A stretch of DNA of 64,000 nt from Candidatus Bathyarchaeota archaeon (GTDB lineage Archaea > Thermoproteota > Bathyarchaeia > 40CM-2-53-6), in NCBI GenBank assembly GCA_963833125.1, contig CAWHWX010000001.1, positions 288,001 to 352,000 of the forward strand, read 5' to 3'. Shown here one piece after another: positions 10,369-21,062 of the stretch. The notes under the pieces were generated by a model. It made no database searches. It worked only from the letters and a program-made list of their open reading frames with translations, and was not told the DNA's origin. The translations under genes were made by a program, and so were the position numbers. The first letter of the stretch is position 1. Every line of letters starts with the position of its first letter.

Positions 10369-10865
10369 GTCCTTAGTCTTCTTCTTACCGCAACGTAAAG
10401 GACTGCACCAATTGCACCGTTGACACAGGCCGCCAGAAACAGGAGCGGGATAAAGCTCAATGTGGCAGCCATGCCCAGAACTGGAATAGCTACAACGACT
10501 AGAGCCGTATTGATTGCGATGCCTGCGGCAACGGCTGGGAAAGCGTTCCATTTCCTATTGATTGTACCAACTGCGGCTCCAGCAACGGCGAGGCCCAACG
10601 CGATTGGTAGATGGAGGATTCCAAGTGGAAAACCATGGACAATCGCCGTTGCCATGTGGCCTAGCCCAAACACGCAAAAACCGTCCACGGGACCGAAGTA
10701 TAATGCGACGAAGAAGCCGGGGGCTGAATCAAGTGCGACTGTTGAGACGGGACTGGGAAGTTGAATAAAGGAACCTACGACAGACAAAGCTGCAAACACC
10801 GTTATCCGTGCGACCAGGTATGTCCGTGGTACATTTCTTGGATTGGGATTGAACATGGACTTCAC
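10365..10865 (-). CDS. ECF transporter S component, CblT-like alpha-ribazole transporter
   Basis: TVALDSAPGF and GHMATA..GFPLG..H motifs; multi-TM; directly upstream of the CblS-like gene. Confidence 0.75.
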   Translation of the reverse strand: MKSMFNPNPRNVPRTYLVARITVFAALSVVGSFIQLPSPVSTVALDSAPGFFVALYFGPVDGFCVFGLGHMATAIVHGFPLGILHLPIALGLAVAGAAVGTINRKWNAFPAVAAGIAINTALVVVAIPVLGMAATLSFIPLLFLAACVNGAIGAVLYVAVRRRLRT

Positions 10866-10873
10866 TTTAGCAG

Positions 10874-11500
10874 TTATCTTGCGCTGTTGGTTCCTCTCTT
10901 GTCGGAGAACCTTTTCCTGGCGAGATCAAGCTCGCTTGACGTGTTAACATTAAGAACTACATCACCCGAGTCGATTACGAATATCGTCTGATCCAGCTCT
11001 CCCTCGTCGATACGTCTACCGTTGATCAGGTTGATTCCGACGGGTACGAAATCCTGGCCATCAACCTTGAACAGGTACTGTGGTTTCGAACCGATTTCGT
11101 CATACACCTCAGGTTTGGCCATGACTGCCAACGCTGGTTTGCCTGAACTACGATACTTTTGCACGACTCGCTCAACGATGTCTACGGTTATGAATGGAAG
11201 GTCGGAGGAAACAACCAGAACATCGCCAAGGGAGAGTTGTCGAATAGCAAAGTGCATATCCTCTTCGAAGCCGTCACCAGGCGTAACTAGTACCTCAACT
11301 CCTAGCCTCCTGGCTTCGATGCTGGTTGATGGGGTCTTGGTGCTTGAGGCAACTACAATTCTATCTACGCTCGTCTGTTTGAGCACTTGGATTACAATTT
11401 GCAGCATCGACTTGCCTGAGACTTCTAGAAGTGGCTTCTCTACTTTGGATCCCATCCGACTTGCTCGGCCGCCCGCCATTACTAGAGCAGTCATGCCCAC
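10874..11500 (-). CDS. cobY: Adenosylcobinamide-phosphate guanylyltransferase
   Basis: MAGGRASRM..EKPLL, SSDLP, VPVGIN and NVNT; adjacent to cobS. Confidence 0.85.
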   Translation of the reverse strand: MGMTALVMAGGRASRMGSKVEKPLLEVSGKSMLQIVIQVLKQTSVDRIVVASSTKTPSTSIEARRLGVEVLVTPGDGFEEDMHFAIRQLSLGDVLVVSSDLPFITVDIVERVVQKYRSSGKPALAVMAKPEVYDEIGSKPQYLFKVDGQDFVPVGINLINGRRIDEGELDQTIFVIDSGDVVLNVNTSSELDLARKRFSDKRGTNSAR

Positions 11501-12246
11501 TTCAAGAACACCAAAACCAGAATGAGCGAGATTGCCCGCGAAATCTCATTCGTAGCGCCCAGCACGTCACCTGTTATTCCTCCGAAGTGGCGATTGGACA
11601 CAGTGATCATTACCAAGGCGGTGATAATCGCGCCGATAACAACTGGTACGCCACCAAACCTCAATGACAGAAATGAAATTACAAGAATAATCACGCAGGA
11701 GAGTCCCAGACGCAAAGCGCGTTTGTGATGCATTGCGTCAACGAAAATGCTGTTCATACCCTTATGCGCAGACTTACCCATAGCTGCGGCAAGGACCATT
11801 GAGAATCCTGCAGCTGATTCCGACACGATGATGCCGGGGACAATCAAGGGTGGCGGTAAGGCAGCGATGGAGAATGCAGCTGTACCAAGAATGATTAGAC
11901 CTAAAGAGAAACCACCTGCCCCTGTTGTGGGATCGCGCATAACCCGTAATTTCCCACTCGGTGAACCATGAAACATTATCCCATCGCCGAAATCGAGCAA
12001 ACCATCCACATGTTGGGCACCATTAATGAGAAGAAGCAACCCCAACCCGATCATCCCTGCTACAAGTTGGGGTAAGACTAGTTGGAGAGCCCAGACAACT
12101 GCGCCCGCCATCAAGCCGGTTATCGCACCAATCAGTGGGAATAATGGCATGTACGACGCTGCTTGAGTGACACCGTCTCGGTCCATTCCAACTGGAATTA
12201 TCGTCAAGAAGGCGAAGGAGTTCTTCAGCCCACGCAGAATGCTCAA
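11491..12246 (-). CDS. cobS: Adenosylcobinamide-GDP ribazoletransferase (cobalamin synthase)
   Basis: FLTIIP, HVDGLLDFGD, MRDP..GAGG and FGGITGDVLGA. Confidence 0.93.
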   Translation of the reverse strand: MSILRGLKNSFAFLTIIPVGMDRDGVTQAASYMPLFPLIGAITGLMAGAVVWALQLVLPQLVAGMIGLGLLLLINGAQHVDGLLDFGDGIMFHGSPSGKLRVMRDPTTGAGGFSLGLIILGTAAFSIAALPPPLIVPGIIVSESAAGFSMVLAAAMGKSAHKGMNSIFVDAMHHKRALRLGLSCVIILVISFLSLRFGGVPVVIGAIITALVMITVSNRHFGGITGDVLGATNEISRAISLILVLVFLKWA

Positions 12247-12253
12247 GGGGGAT

Positions 12254-12748
12254 TCATCTTACACTCTGCCGAAGAGCTTGGGAGTACATATTCGAAGAAC
12301 AGCCCGCGATAAGTCCGCCCACAGCGTCATTCATTATCGGCCCCAGTTTTGCCAGGATACCGGGTTTATTCTGGTCGAACCGAATGAATTCGAAAATACC
12401 CTTCGCACCGGCGATGTAGTTTGCAATCGTCATCCCAAGAAGTTCGTCAGTTACGAGGCCGGGACGACCCATAAATCGTTCGATGGTAAGATTCGGTATC
12501 AATCCAACCTTAGCGTCCTCCTCGGCGCGGTAGCATGCCACTACTAACGTGGAAACGTTGACATCTGTGAGAGCCTCGCGGAATTGCTCTAGGATTATCT
12601 GTGTTGCCTTTTCACTGTTTTCCACTCCAGGATGCGGAACAAACAGTACCAGCGCCGTCTCAACCAAATCCTTCAACGTGACGCCCCTTTCCTCCAGATA
12701 GCGTAGAAGTGGCGGGTTCCCGATGATTTGACCGTTCAAGTCTGGCAT
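12254..12748 (-). CDS. cobZ: Archaeal alpha-ribazole phosphatase (PgpA-like)
   Basis: DVNV and DELLG..IANYIAG.KG.FEF.RFD..KPGIL motifs; cob cluster. Confidence 0.85.
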   Translation of the reverse strand: MPDLNGQIIGNPPLLRYLEERGVTLKDLVETALVLFVPHPGVENSEKATQIILEQFREALTDVNVSTLVVACYRAEEDAKVGLIPNLTIERFMGRPGLVTDELLGMTIANYIAGAKGIFEFIRFDQNKPGILAKLGPIMNDAVGGLIAGCSSNMYSQALRQSVR

Positions 12749-12777
12749 TTGTATGACACCAACAGCGCTTTATCTAT

Positions 12778-13404
12778 ATGGCTGGATTATCCAGCCAGGC
12801 CTCCATCGTGGTGCAAAGTCTGCGGTTCAACTCGAAGCAAATCGCTTTGGTTTCCACATTTAGCGCTATTGGTGCGGCGGTCCGACTCTTAGCTAAACGA
12901 CATTGCCTCCGTCACACCCGAGCCCAGTGTACGCGTGTTGTGATCAAGTTAGGTTTAGTGAAACGCTAAGTTTTGTCAGCGGATTTATTTTCGGTCCCAT
13001 CGCGGGCTTTATCACAGGTTTTTTGATAATTCTATTGTCCGATATAGCTAGTCCATATGGGCCAGGTGCTTGGACCCCCTTCATAGCTTCCATAATTGGT
13101 TTGTTAGGAATATGTGGGGGAATCATACGCCGAATTCATCCGACGGCCAACAGTATCGGTCGCATTGGTCTCAGCCGTAGCATTGACGTTATTGAGCGAG
13201 TTTTTGCAGAATGCGTGGGTCTCGTTAACCTACAATATTCCAATCGAGGGAACAATGATTACTGGGATTTCTAGTCTCGTGACCGCTATGGCGAACAATG
13301 TCATCCTCTTCCCAACTGTAGGCCTGAAAACGATCACGTTTGTTCAAGAACATTATCTCAAGCAATCAGATCCCAGCCCGTTATCCAAACAAGTTTCAGT
13401 TTAG
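12778..13404 (+). CDS. ECF transporter S component (split by apparent frameshifts)
   Basis: Three overlapping ORF pieces join into one multi-TM S-component (GFIFGPIAG, YGPGAWTPF); divergent from the cob operon. Confidence 0.65.
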
Positions 13405-14067
13405 GCTTCTAGAAGATCGATCAGAGTCGGTAGTTCGTTTATTGAACCTAAGAGATAGTCAGGTTCAGTTTTCAGGATCTCGTCCGATTGGAAATGGGCC
13501 AGTGGATACTGCTACGGAGAGCAAGCCTGCAGCTTTAGCAGCCATGATATCGATCACACCGTCTCCAACCAGGATCGTTGCCTCTGTTGAAACGCCCAGT
13601 TGTGCCAGGATTTTCTTAATTGGAGCGCATGCGGGCTTCATCTCTTCACAATCGTCTCTGGTGACGATGGCATCGAAAAACGGTTCAAGGTGATGCCTTT
13701 TGAGAGTTAGTTCCGTGCCGGCTCGACTGTTATTTGTTACTAGCCCAATCTTCAGATGCTTAGAATGCAGTTGCTGCAGCGTTTTCTCGGCGCCTGGGTA
13801 TATGGCAACATCCTCAGCTGCTTTAAGCTCCATTTCCTCGAAGAAGCCATAGAACGTTGAACGTAGCGTCGAGAACTTTTCTGGGTCGCAGTTATCCTTG
13901 AGCTCTTGAAGGATGACGAAGAGGTTGACTTGATCAGTCATATCGGGAGTTCTCAAGCCGAGCTTCTCGAGTTCTCCGAGCGCTCTCCGGCGGGCGGCCA
14001 TATAATCTAAGTTGAATTTGGTGATGGTTCCGTCCATATCGATTATGATCGCTTTGATTTTCAACAA
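13401..14067 (-). CDS. HAD-superfamily hydrolase (phosphoglycolate phosphatase-like; C-terminal frameshift)
   Basis: DMDGT, VTNN, KP and VGDGVID; C-terminus EPDYLLGSINEL continues in another frame to 13401. Confidence 0.85.
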
Positions 14068-14148
14068 CGACTCTTCCGGACGTTTCTGGCAAGGACTAAT
14101 AGTCGATTCCTTAAAGGTTGATGATGATTACATTGCCTTGGAAGGGCG

Positions 14149-14718
14149 TTGAACCTGCTAGGATCCATAGATTGTTCTACCCGCAAGTTCCGGTCGATGA
14201 TAACAACCGAGTTTCAGGGGCATATTGGTGGCATGCCAGCGATTTGGTGTATGTCGCTTTCATTCAACCCACCACTAGTTGGCGTGGCGATTGCGCCAGA
14301 ACACGCGACCTACGAAATGTTGATCGGCGCTCGAGCTTTTGGTGTAAACTGGCTGAACTTCTCATTCGCTAAACAGGTAGGTGAGCTGGGTGAAAACTCG
14401 GCCAATGTGGTTAGGGACAAGCTCTCCGCTGTAGGGCTTAGAGTTCTGAAGGGCAATACGACGGGTCAACCATTGATCCGAGATGCGGAAGCAGTCTTGG
14501 AATGCCGAATTCATGAACGGCACCGGATCGGTACCCATGAGTTGGTAGTTGGAGAAGTGGTAGCTGCCTCAGCAACAGAGAGCTTTACTGAGTACTGGGA
14601 TTTCTCAAAGTACAATCCCATCCTCTATGCTGGGACGGTGAATATTGGAGGAAAGAGTTGGGTGTTCAGGTCGGGTTCCGGAGAGAGAGCAGTTGTGCCC
14701 TTGAAACATGAGGTATGA
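14149..14718 (+). CDS. Flavin reductase-like protein
   Basis: SLSFNPPLV, LECRI and GTHELVVGEV. Confidence 0.85.
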   Translation: MNLLGSIDCSTRKFRSMITTEFQGHIGGMPAIWCMSLSFNPPLVGVAIAPEHATYEMLIGARAFGVNWLNFSFAKQVGELGENSANVVRDKLSAVGLRVLKGNTTGQPLIRDAEAVLECRIHERHRIGTHELVVGEVVAASATESFTEYWDFSKYNPILYAGTVNIGGKSWVFRSGSGERAVVPLKHEV

Positions 14719-14788
14719 GAGGCGTTCTAACTACGGTTTCAGTCAGTTCTATTCCTCGTGATCATCTGTGGACTCAGGAGCAAATCAC

Positions 14789-17182
14789 TCATTGTGCTAT
14801 GCTCTTGACTAGCCGATCATAGGCACGTAGTTTCTCAAGCCCCACTTTGATACCGGTTTCGGCGTCGGAAATGGCATGTTTAGTGAAGAAATCTTCAGCT
14901 TCAGAAACCCGGCCAACGCATAAGACTGGGATGATTGACATGAATACCGTTGAGAGGAGCCCCGTGCCCTCGTATAGCTCCCGAAGTTTTCCCATATTAG
15001 ATTTCAACCATTCCCACGCCATATCCCTAACTTCAGGGTTCTTGGTAGCCGCGGATACTACCGAGATAACATCCTGCCGTTTGACTTCGCCGCTGATCGC
15101 AAAGTTCAATGTTCGCTTAACAAGTTCCTCACTAGCGAATGTTGTCATTGACTGCAGAAACTTGATGCGATCCTCATCTGACACACTTTCCCGGTACTTG
15201 CGCGTTAGACCCTCGAGATCGTTGGTTGATCTGGCATAGGCTATGGCCACGGCTAGCCTCATGTCCGGAGGAGTTTTTCCGTAGTCGTTGAATTTGCGGG
15301 CCAATGTAGCCGCGTAGTCTGGATCAATCACGGCCATCCTGCTAGCCAGCGTGCCTTCTAGTATCGAACTCTTTGCGTCAGTGCTATCCTTGAACGTTTC
15401 AAGTAAGCCGTGATGAATCCTCTTCGAAATGTCCAAGATCTTTGGTGGTATGAGACAATATAGTAAGGTGATTTGGTCTGATAACTCCTGAGCGGGTAGT
15501 GTATCGGTCTCCCTCTCGAACTTGGTCAAGGTTGTTAGGTATTCGTTGAAGTTGGTTCTTCCAGAGATGAGAAATAAGAATGCGTCGTGTATTAGTCCCC
15601 ACCGATCGTATGGTGATAGTTTGCTACGCCAGATGATCTCATCGAGGCCTTGGTAGTGGACTACGTAGAACCCGGTGCGGTCAGGGTTTATTCTCAGTGA
15701 ATTCAAATCGTCAACTACAATGTCGTAATTCGAGTCTTCCATGAGAATGCTCTTTTTCTGATTGTTTACTTCGATTATTATCGGGATTGACCATTTTCGC
15801 TTTGCTTTATCTGGGCTCCCCGAAATCAGGAACCTTTCCTGTCTTAGAGTTAGTTTTCCGTCACATTTGGAAACAGCCACTACTGGAAAGCCGGGTTGCT
15901 GTATCCAACTCGACATTATCTTCTGCACTGGCTTCTGAGACGCGCCCTCAATTGCAGACCAAAGATCATCTCCGGTTGCGTTAGCGTAAGCGTGCGCCAA
16001 GAGATATCGTCGCACACCCTCGCGAAAGCCTTGCTCACCAACGAAGCTTTCGATCATTTGGAGCACGTGAGCGCCTTTCCCGTAACTGATCGCGTCGAAA
16101 ATCTGTTCTATCTCATCAGGTGAAGTCACTTTCACTTGAATTGGGTGAGTATTCTCCGTTGAATCCTGTTCCATCGCGCCAGCCAGCGACTCGACCGAAG
16201 GCTCTCCATTGAAGAAACTGGTCCAAATTCCCCATTCAGGATGGACTGAGTCGATGGCTTTGTAGGCCATGAAGGTCGCGAAGCTTTCGTTCAACCAAAT
16301 ATCGTCCCACCACTTCATCGTGACCAGGTCGCCGAACCATTGATGGGCTAATTCGTGGGCAATGGCCATGGCGGAGCGCATCTTCAGCCTATCGCTCGTA
16401 TTCGCGTCGGCTAGAAGTAGTATCTCGCGAAAGGTGATAGCTCCCCAGTTCTCCATCGCTCCCATGGCGAACTCAGGGACAGCGATCAAATGCACTTTTG
16501 GAAGCGCGTATGGTATCTTGTAATATGAGTTGAAAAATTCGATTGCTTTTTGGGCTTCGTTTTCTGCGAAGCCTCCTAGCTTCGTTTTCCCCGGGGTGGT
16601 TGCGAGAATTATGTCTGTTTCTCCAACTTTGGTGGTTTGCGTTTGGAACTTGCCCACTCCTAGGTAGAGTAGGTATGTTGACATTCGTGGAGTCTTCTCG
16701 AACGTTACAATTTTCTTGTCGCCATCCGCCTTTTGGGAGTCTATGGGCATGTTTGAGATTGCTTCTAGATCATTGTCTATTCTCACCGTAAGTTTGAATT
16801 CGGCTTTGACGTCGGGTCGGTCGACGCAGGGAAGCATTCGCCTTGCTTGAGCAGCTTCGAAGTGAGTGGTTACAATATGCGTATTCTCGTAGGAGGCTCT
16901 GTAGATTCCGGCCAGAGAATCCGGAATACGCCCCGAATACTCCACTTGTAAGACCCCATCAAATGCCCCGCTCTCAATCTTCAAGTCATCTTTCTCTTGG
17001 CTAAATCGAAAAGTTTTCGCGTCAGAGCTAACACGAGTTATGTCTAATGCCACAGTGTTCAGGACAATATCCTGATCTGTTTTCAATTTGACGCAAGGGT
17101 TCCGTTGAACTTCAGCCTTGAAAATCCAGATCGATAAGCAAATCGTAACTTGACACTCAAAGGATATGACCCAGCTGACCAT
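14789..17182 (-). CDS. M1 aminopeptidase (tricorn-interacting factor F2/F3-like); 5' end disturbed by a duplication and indels
   Basis: GAMENWG; HELAH-x18-E zinc motif; SYGKG; true N-terminus VSSYDLLIDLDF is in another frame. Confidence 0.93.
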   Translation of the reverse strand: MVSWVISFECQVTICLSIWIFKAEVQRNPCVKLKTDQDIVLNTVALDITRVSSDAKTFRFSQEKDDLKIESGAFDGVLQVEYSGRIPDSLAGIYRASYENTHIVTTHFEAAQARRMLPCVDRPDVKAEFKLTVRIDNDLEAISNMPIDSQKADGDKKIVTFEKTPRMSTYLLYLGVGKFQTQTTKVGETDIILATTPGKTKLGGFAENEAQKAIEFFNSYYKIPYALPKVHLIAVPEFAMGAMENWGAITFREILLLADANTSDRLKMRSAMAIAHELAHQWFGDLVTMKWWDDIWLNESFATFMAYKAIDSVHPEWGIWTSFFNGEPSVESLAGAMEQDSTENTHPIQVKVTSPDEIEQIFDAISYGKGAHVLQMIESFVGEQGFREGVRRYLLAHAYANATGDDLWSAIEGASQKPVQKIMSSWIQQPGFPVVAVSKCDGKLTLRQERFLISGSPDKAKRKWSIPIIIEVNNQKKSILMEDSNYDIVVDDLNSLRINPDRTGFYVVHYQGLDEIIWRSKLSPYDRWGLIHDAFLFLISGRTNFNEYLTTLTKFERETDTLPAQELSDQITLLYCLIPPKILDISKRIHHGLLETFKDSTDAKSSILEGTLASRMAVIDPDYAATLARKFNDYGKTPPDMRLAVAIAYARSTNDLEGLTRKYRESVSDEDRIKFLQSMTTFASEELVKRTLNFAISGEVKRQDVISVVSAATKNPEVRDMAWEWLKSNMGKLRELYEGTGLLSTVFMSIIPVLCVGRVSEAEDFFTKHAISDAETGIKVGLEKLRAYDRLVKSIAQ

Positions 17183-17304
17183 TGAGTCGGATTTTTTCCC
17201 TAGACTTTCTTTAGACGTGTAGTGTGTTCAACCCTTGAAAATCCAGATCGATAAGCAAATCGTAACTTGACACTTCCATAGGATATGACCCAGCTGACCA
17301 TTGA
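17116..17304. repeat. About 70-bp near-perfect direct duplication (17116-17185 and 17233-17304)
   Basis: CCTTGAAAATCCAGATCGATAAGCAAATCGTAACTTGACACT...GGATATGACCCAGCTGACCATTGA occurs twice. Confidence 0.95.
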
Positions 17305-17520
17305 AGGCCTGCGCTACCTAATCTTTTTCGCACTAAGACATTTCAGAATATTAGACCGATGATAAGCGTGGGAAGATAGTTCGGTTCCGAATTTATATTT
17401 GCAGTGTTAGACGCAAACGTTTCGATTTATGCGCGAGGCTTCAGCACGGGGGTTTGCATGCCTATGTCAGTTACGTGATACGCTTAACTTCTCGTTTTTC
17501 ATTTTAGTTCACGATGAATT

Positions 17521-17844
17521 ATGTGTAACTACTGCGGCTATGGCTCGTACCCGTACGGGGCCTACTCACAATACCAGAACTATGGCTATCCATCGAACTA
17601 TGCAAGCTATCCTAGCTATTCTAGCTATCCTGGTTTTGGTAGCTATGCTGGCTACGGAAACTACGGCAACTACGGCAATTTCGGCAACTTCGGAAACTAT
17701 GGAAACTACGGTAGCTATGGACTACCTTCAGGTTACGCCTACGGTCCATCCTTTGGGTCCATGGCGTACCCAGCATACTTCGGTGCACCCGGTATTCAGC
17801 GTGGAGAACACAAAGTCGGCAACTGTCTGATGATCTGTCAATAG
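17521..17844 (+). CDS. Gly/Tyr/Asn/Ser-rich low-complexity protein
   Basis: Y-x-x periodicity encoded by 9-bp repeats that vary largely at third codon positions; followed by a T-tract. Confidence 0.6.
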   Translation: MCNYCGYGSYPYGAYSQYQNYGYPSNYASYPSYSSYPGFGSYAGYGNYGNYGNFGNFGNYGNYGSYGLPSGYAYGPSFGSMAYPAYFGAPGIQRGEHKVGNCLMICQ

Positions 17845-17850
17845 GCCCAC

Positions 17851-17872
17851 CTCTTTTTTTCTTTCAAGTTTT
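17851..17872 (+). terminator. Archaeal oligo-T terminator
   Basis: CTCTTTTTTTCTTTC just after the stop at 17844. Confidence 0.5.
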
Positions 17873-17947
17873 CAATTTCGGCAGCGTTCCAGCGCAAGCC
17901 CTATAGAGCATGGAACGAGTTGAGAACACGGACACACGGCATGAAGT

Positions 17948-17971
17948 TAGCCTAGTGTATAACATAGGCTA
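17948..17971. promoter_or_regulatory. Imperfect palindrome upstream of the MFS gene
   Basis: TAGCCTA-GTGTATAACA-TAGGCTA, about 10 bp before a TATAA element. Confidence 0.35.
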
Positions 17972-18025
17972 GGCACGCCGTCTATAACGGCCACCTGCCA
18001 AGAGACTCGACGGCGAAACATCCTC

Positions 18026-19288
18026 ATGAGCAACCAAGACTCACACCGCTCACGCGATGCGGGCCTCTTGATCGGCGCGATGGGTCTAAACTCCCTACCC
18101 TACGGATTCACACTCGTCGTACTGCCAATCTACCTCAGCACTATCGGATTCTCAAGCCAAGTAATCGGTTATGTGACATCAATATCTTCCATAGCCAACA
18201 CGATCGCACTCATTCCCTTCGCCATTGCAGCGGATCGATATGGAAGGAAAGTATTCGTTCTTTTGGGCTTCCTTTCAGCCACCCCAGCTTACCTCTTTTC
18301 GTGTTCACACGGGATCTCAATTCATTATTGTTAGCGAGCGCGATCGGCGGTGTAGGACTTGCTGGAGGATTCAGCGCCGCCGTATGGACACCCGCGTGGA
18401 CAGCGTTGCTGGCCGAGAAGGCCCCCGCATGAGAAGAGGACAAGAGCCTTCGCATGGTCTCAAGGGATATGGACGATTGCGCTTACCGTAGGTTCAGCAA
18501 TGAGCGTAGTCCCCTACCTTCTCCGAAGCCAGCTCCACGTAACCTTCGGGCCGTCGTTTGAGTATACCTTCCTAATCTTCGCGTTGCTTTCATCGTCTCA
18601 GGGTTGGCTATCTTGCCAATTGGCGAGAGGCGAGCAACGAGAGTAGCCTCAAATGGAATAAGTTCGAAGAGTTTGCTACATTCAAAATCCAGAATGCAAA
18701 TTGCAAAGTTCTCAGTGACTATAGGACTGGTTGGCTTTGCGTCAGGCCTTGGGATTCAATTGCTTTCGCTTTGGTTCAATAAGATGTATGGAACTAGCGA
18801 AACCGTCTTAGGGCCTTGGTTTGCAGCGGCCGAAGCGACTTCACTGATAGTCATCCCGATCGTCCCAAGACTGGCGGGGAGTTTAGGTAGTCCAAGGAGC
18901 GCGTTTCTCACCCAAGCCGCTATCGGCCCTCCTCCTGATGTCGATGATCTTTGCTCCAACCTACGAGGTCGCGGCTATGCTCTTGGTCGCGCGAAACTTC
19001 TTCATGAATGCGTCATGGCCCATTCAGCAATCATACCTCATGGGCACCGTGAGTCCTAAGGAGCGGGCGTCTGCATCAGCCATAACATATACAGTCTGGG
19101 GAGTTGGGAGTTCCATTAGCCCGATTCTGGCAGGTTACTTCCTTAGCGGTACGAGTTTCATTTCGATTTCTGCTCCCGTCGCACTCGGAGGCGCGATCTA
19201 TCTCGCTTCCTCGATTAGCTTCTACTACTTCTTCCGAAATATTGCTCCGCCAGAAGAAAAGCTGCTGTTCAGGAGAGGAACCTCTTAG
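18026..19288 (+). CDS. MFS transporter (several apparent frameshifts)
   Basis: ADRYGRK motif A; PKERASASA; four ORF pieces join into a 12-TM protein. Confidence 0.8.
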
Positions 19289-19713
19289 GGCGCCAGCGTC
19301 AGGCTTTGGGTTGAGACAAGTTTCTTGCCGTCCCAACGGAACCCTAACTCCTGTAGCTCTTGGAAGAACCAGTTGAGGTTTTCCTTGGGTTCATGGAACT
19401 TGTTGAGTACTTGTCCTATGACGTAGCCTAGGAATGAGGCGAAGATTTCCTTGTTCCCTTTGTAGAGTCGATCAAGGAATATGGATAGTCGGTCGATTTC
19501 GTAGTCGCCGGTAACAACTTCACTGTACACCTTGTTCCAAGAGTCTTCCAGGTTGAATTGGCGTACTGTTTCGCGCATGTAGGGGAAAAGGTCGGTGAAG
19601 TATTCCCTCATCATTCCTTGCGATCGAAATACCGCCTGAACCAGACGCCTAATTCTCATGTCAACTTCCGGAATGCCGCTCACGGTTATCGAACCTGTCC
19701 GCTTAGAGGCCAA
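19285..19713 (-). CDS. Hypothetical protein
   Basis: 142-aa ORF co-oriented with upstream genes; no motif recognised. Confidence 0.6.
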   Translation of the reverse strand: MASKRTGSITVSGIPEVDMRIRRLVQAVFRSQGMMREYFTDLFPYMRETVRQFNLEDSWNKVYSEVVTGDYEIDRLSIFLDRLYKGNKEIFASFLGYVIGQVLNKFHEPKENLNWFFQELQELGFRWDGKKLVSTQSLTLAP

Positions 19714-19733
19714 GCTTGTTATTATGTGGTAGG

Positions 19734-21031
19734 CTAAGAGTAGATTTCCTTCAGCATATCCTTCATTACTTTATCCACACCGCGAGGCTCGACCTGACCA
19801 TCCTCGGTAATGTAACTCGAAACAGACTCTGCTGGAGTCAAGTCAAAGAGATCCTGTGGGATTGCGGGGCGTTCTCCAAGTAAATCCTGTGCGCTGAATT
19901 TTGTCGTTTCGCATGAGCTGTATAATGGTATCCCGAGTTTTTTGGCCGCGATTGCGATGTTTTTCGTTCCCGTTTTGTGAATTAGAGATCCGTCTTTGAG
20001 CACGCTGTCCGTCCCAACCAAAACAAGGTTCGCTCGTGGGATGATTGAGTCTACGATCGAGTCGGCTATGAGCCTCACAGGAACGCCTAGGGCTATCAAG
20101 TCCTTTGCGAGCTGTTTGCCTTCCATTCCTGGATAGGATTCGGTGGCGAAAACTTGGAAAGTCTTTCCGCTCTTGAAGCCTAACTCTAGCGATCTTAGGA
20201 CGGTGGTGCTGTAGCTGTGGGTGAGCACGACGCCATCCTGAGGGAGAATATGTGCTGTATTTCGGGACGCATCCTCGGAAGCCGCGGCAGCTTCTTTCAG
20301 AATCTGCTGACTGAACTCTCTGACGCGAGTCTTTAGTTCATTTACCGAGGAAACTGTCCCACTCTCTCGATCGACGACCTGCAGTAGTTTTCCGGTGAGG
20401 TTCCACACATTGGCCATTGCTGGCTGGGCTCTTCGTAGTTTTGAGAAGACTAGTAGGAGATGATAGAGTAAAGCGTCCGTATCTTTGGCATCTGAGGCCT
20501 GGGCGGTCGCTGACAACAACTCTAGGGCTCGGCGGCCGAGGAAGTTTGCTCCATGAACTCTGTCACTCGACACTTCCTCTATCCCACGTAGGATTCCTGC
20601 GAGTGATTCGGGAGTTGCTTGGAAATCGTAGCGTACGCGATCGTAGGCCGCTTTCAGTTTAGGTACAGTCTCGTAGGACGCTAGGCTGCTTCGGTTCGAT
20701 CCACCGGTATTCGCTGTTCTCCCAATCAAGTCGGACCGTGCTAGATTTTGTTTCAAATAGGAAAGGGTGGATCACCCATACAGTGTCGATTCCCTCTTCA
20801 AAGTCGCGAAGGATCTCCCCCTCACTTAGCAGGTTGATCTGGTTGGCGGAGAAGCCCCACCTCCTCCCGTATCTCAGTCATGGCACGTGTAAGCGGTTGC
20901 TCGTCTCCCTCAAGATATCCGCTAACTGCTGACCATTGACCTCTATAGGTTCCAACCTTCTGGCTGCGGCGTAGAAGGAGAATTCTTTGATCCTTTGTGA
21001 GAAAGGAGGTGACGACTTGCTTGTAATTCAA
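19734..21031 (-). CDS. NUDIX + eIF2B/ribose-1,5-bisphosphate isomerase-like fusion (frameshift near 20830)
   Basis: N-terminal GYLEGDE...EIREEVGL Nudix box; C-terminal HGA, QPAMA, LTHSYS, ESYPGMEG, VGTD, KTGT and FDLTP. Confidence 0.8.
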
Positions 21032-21062
21032 CGAGTTACACTGAGGGTTTCGAGGGGTTGGA

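Noticed and set aside
10369-10551. Long N-terminus of the 321-aa ORF
   Set aside because: It overlaps the S-component gene; ATG at 10368 gives a coupled start.
12749-12810. Cobalamin riboswitch near the cob operon
   Set aside because: The intergenic space is too short and no B12-box is visible.
17429-17830. Alternative 133-aa ORF over the Tyr/Gly-rich gene
   Set aside because: Probably a shadow frame of the 9-bp repeats; variation is largely synonymous in the 17521 frame, though this is not proven.
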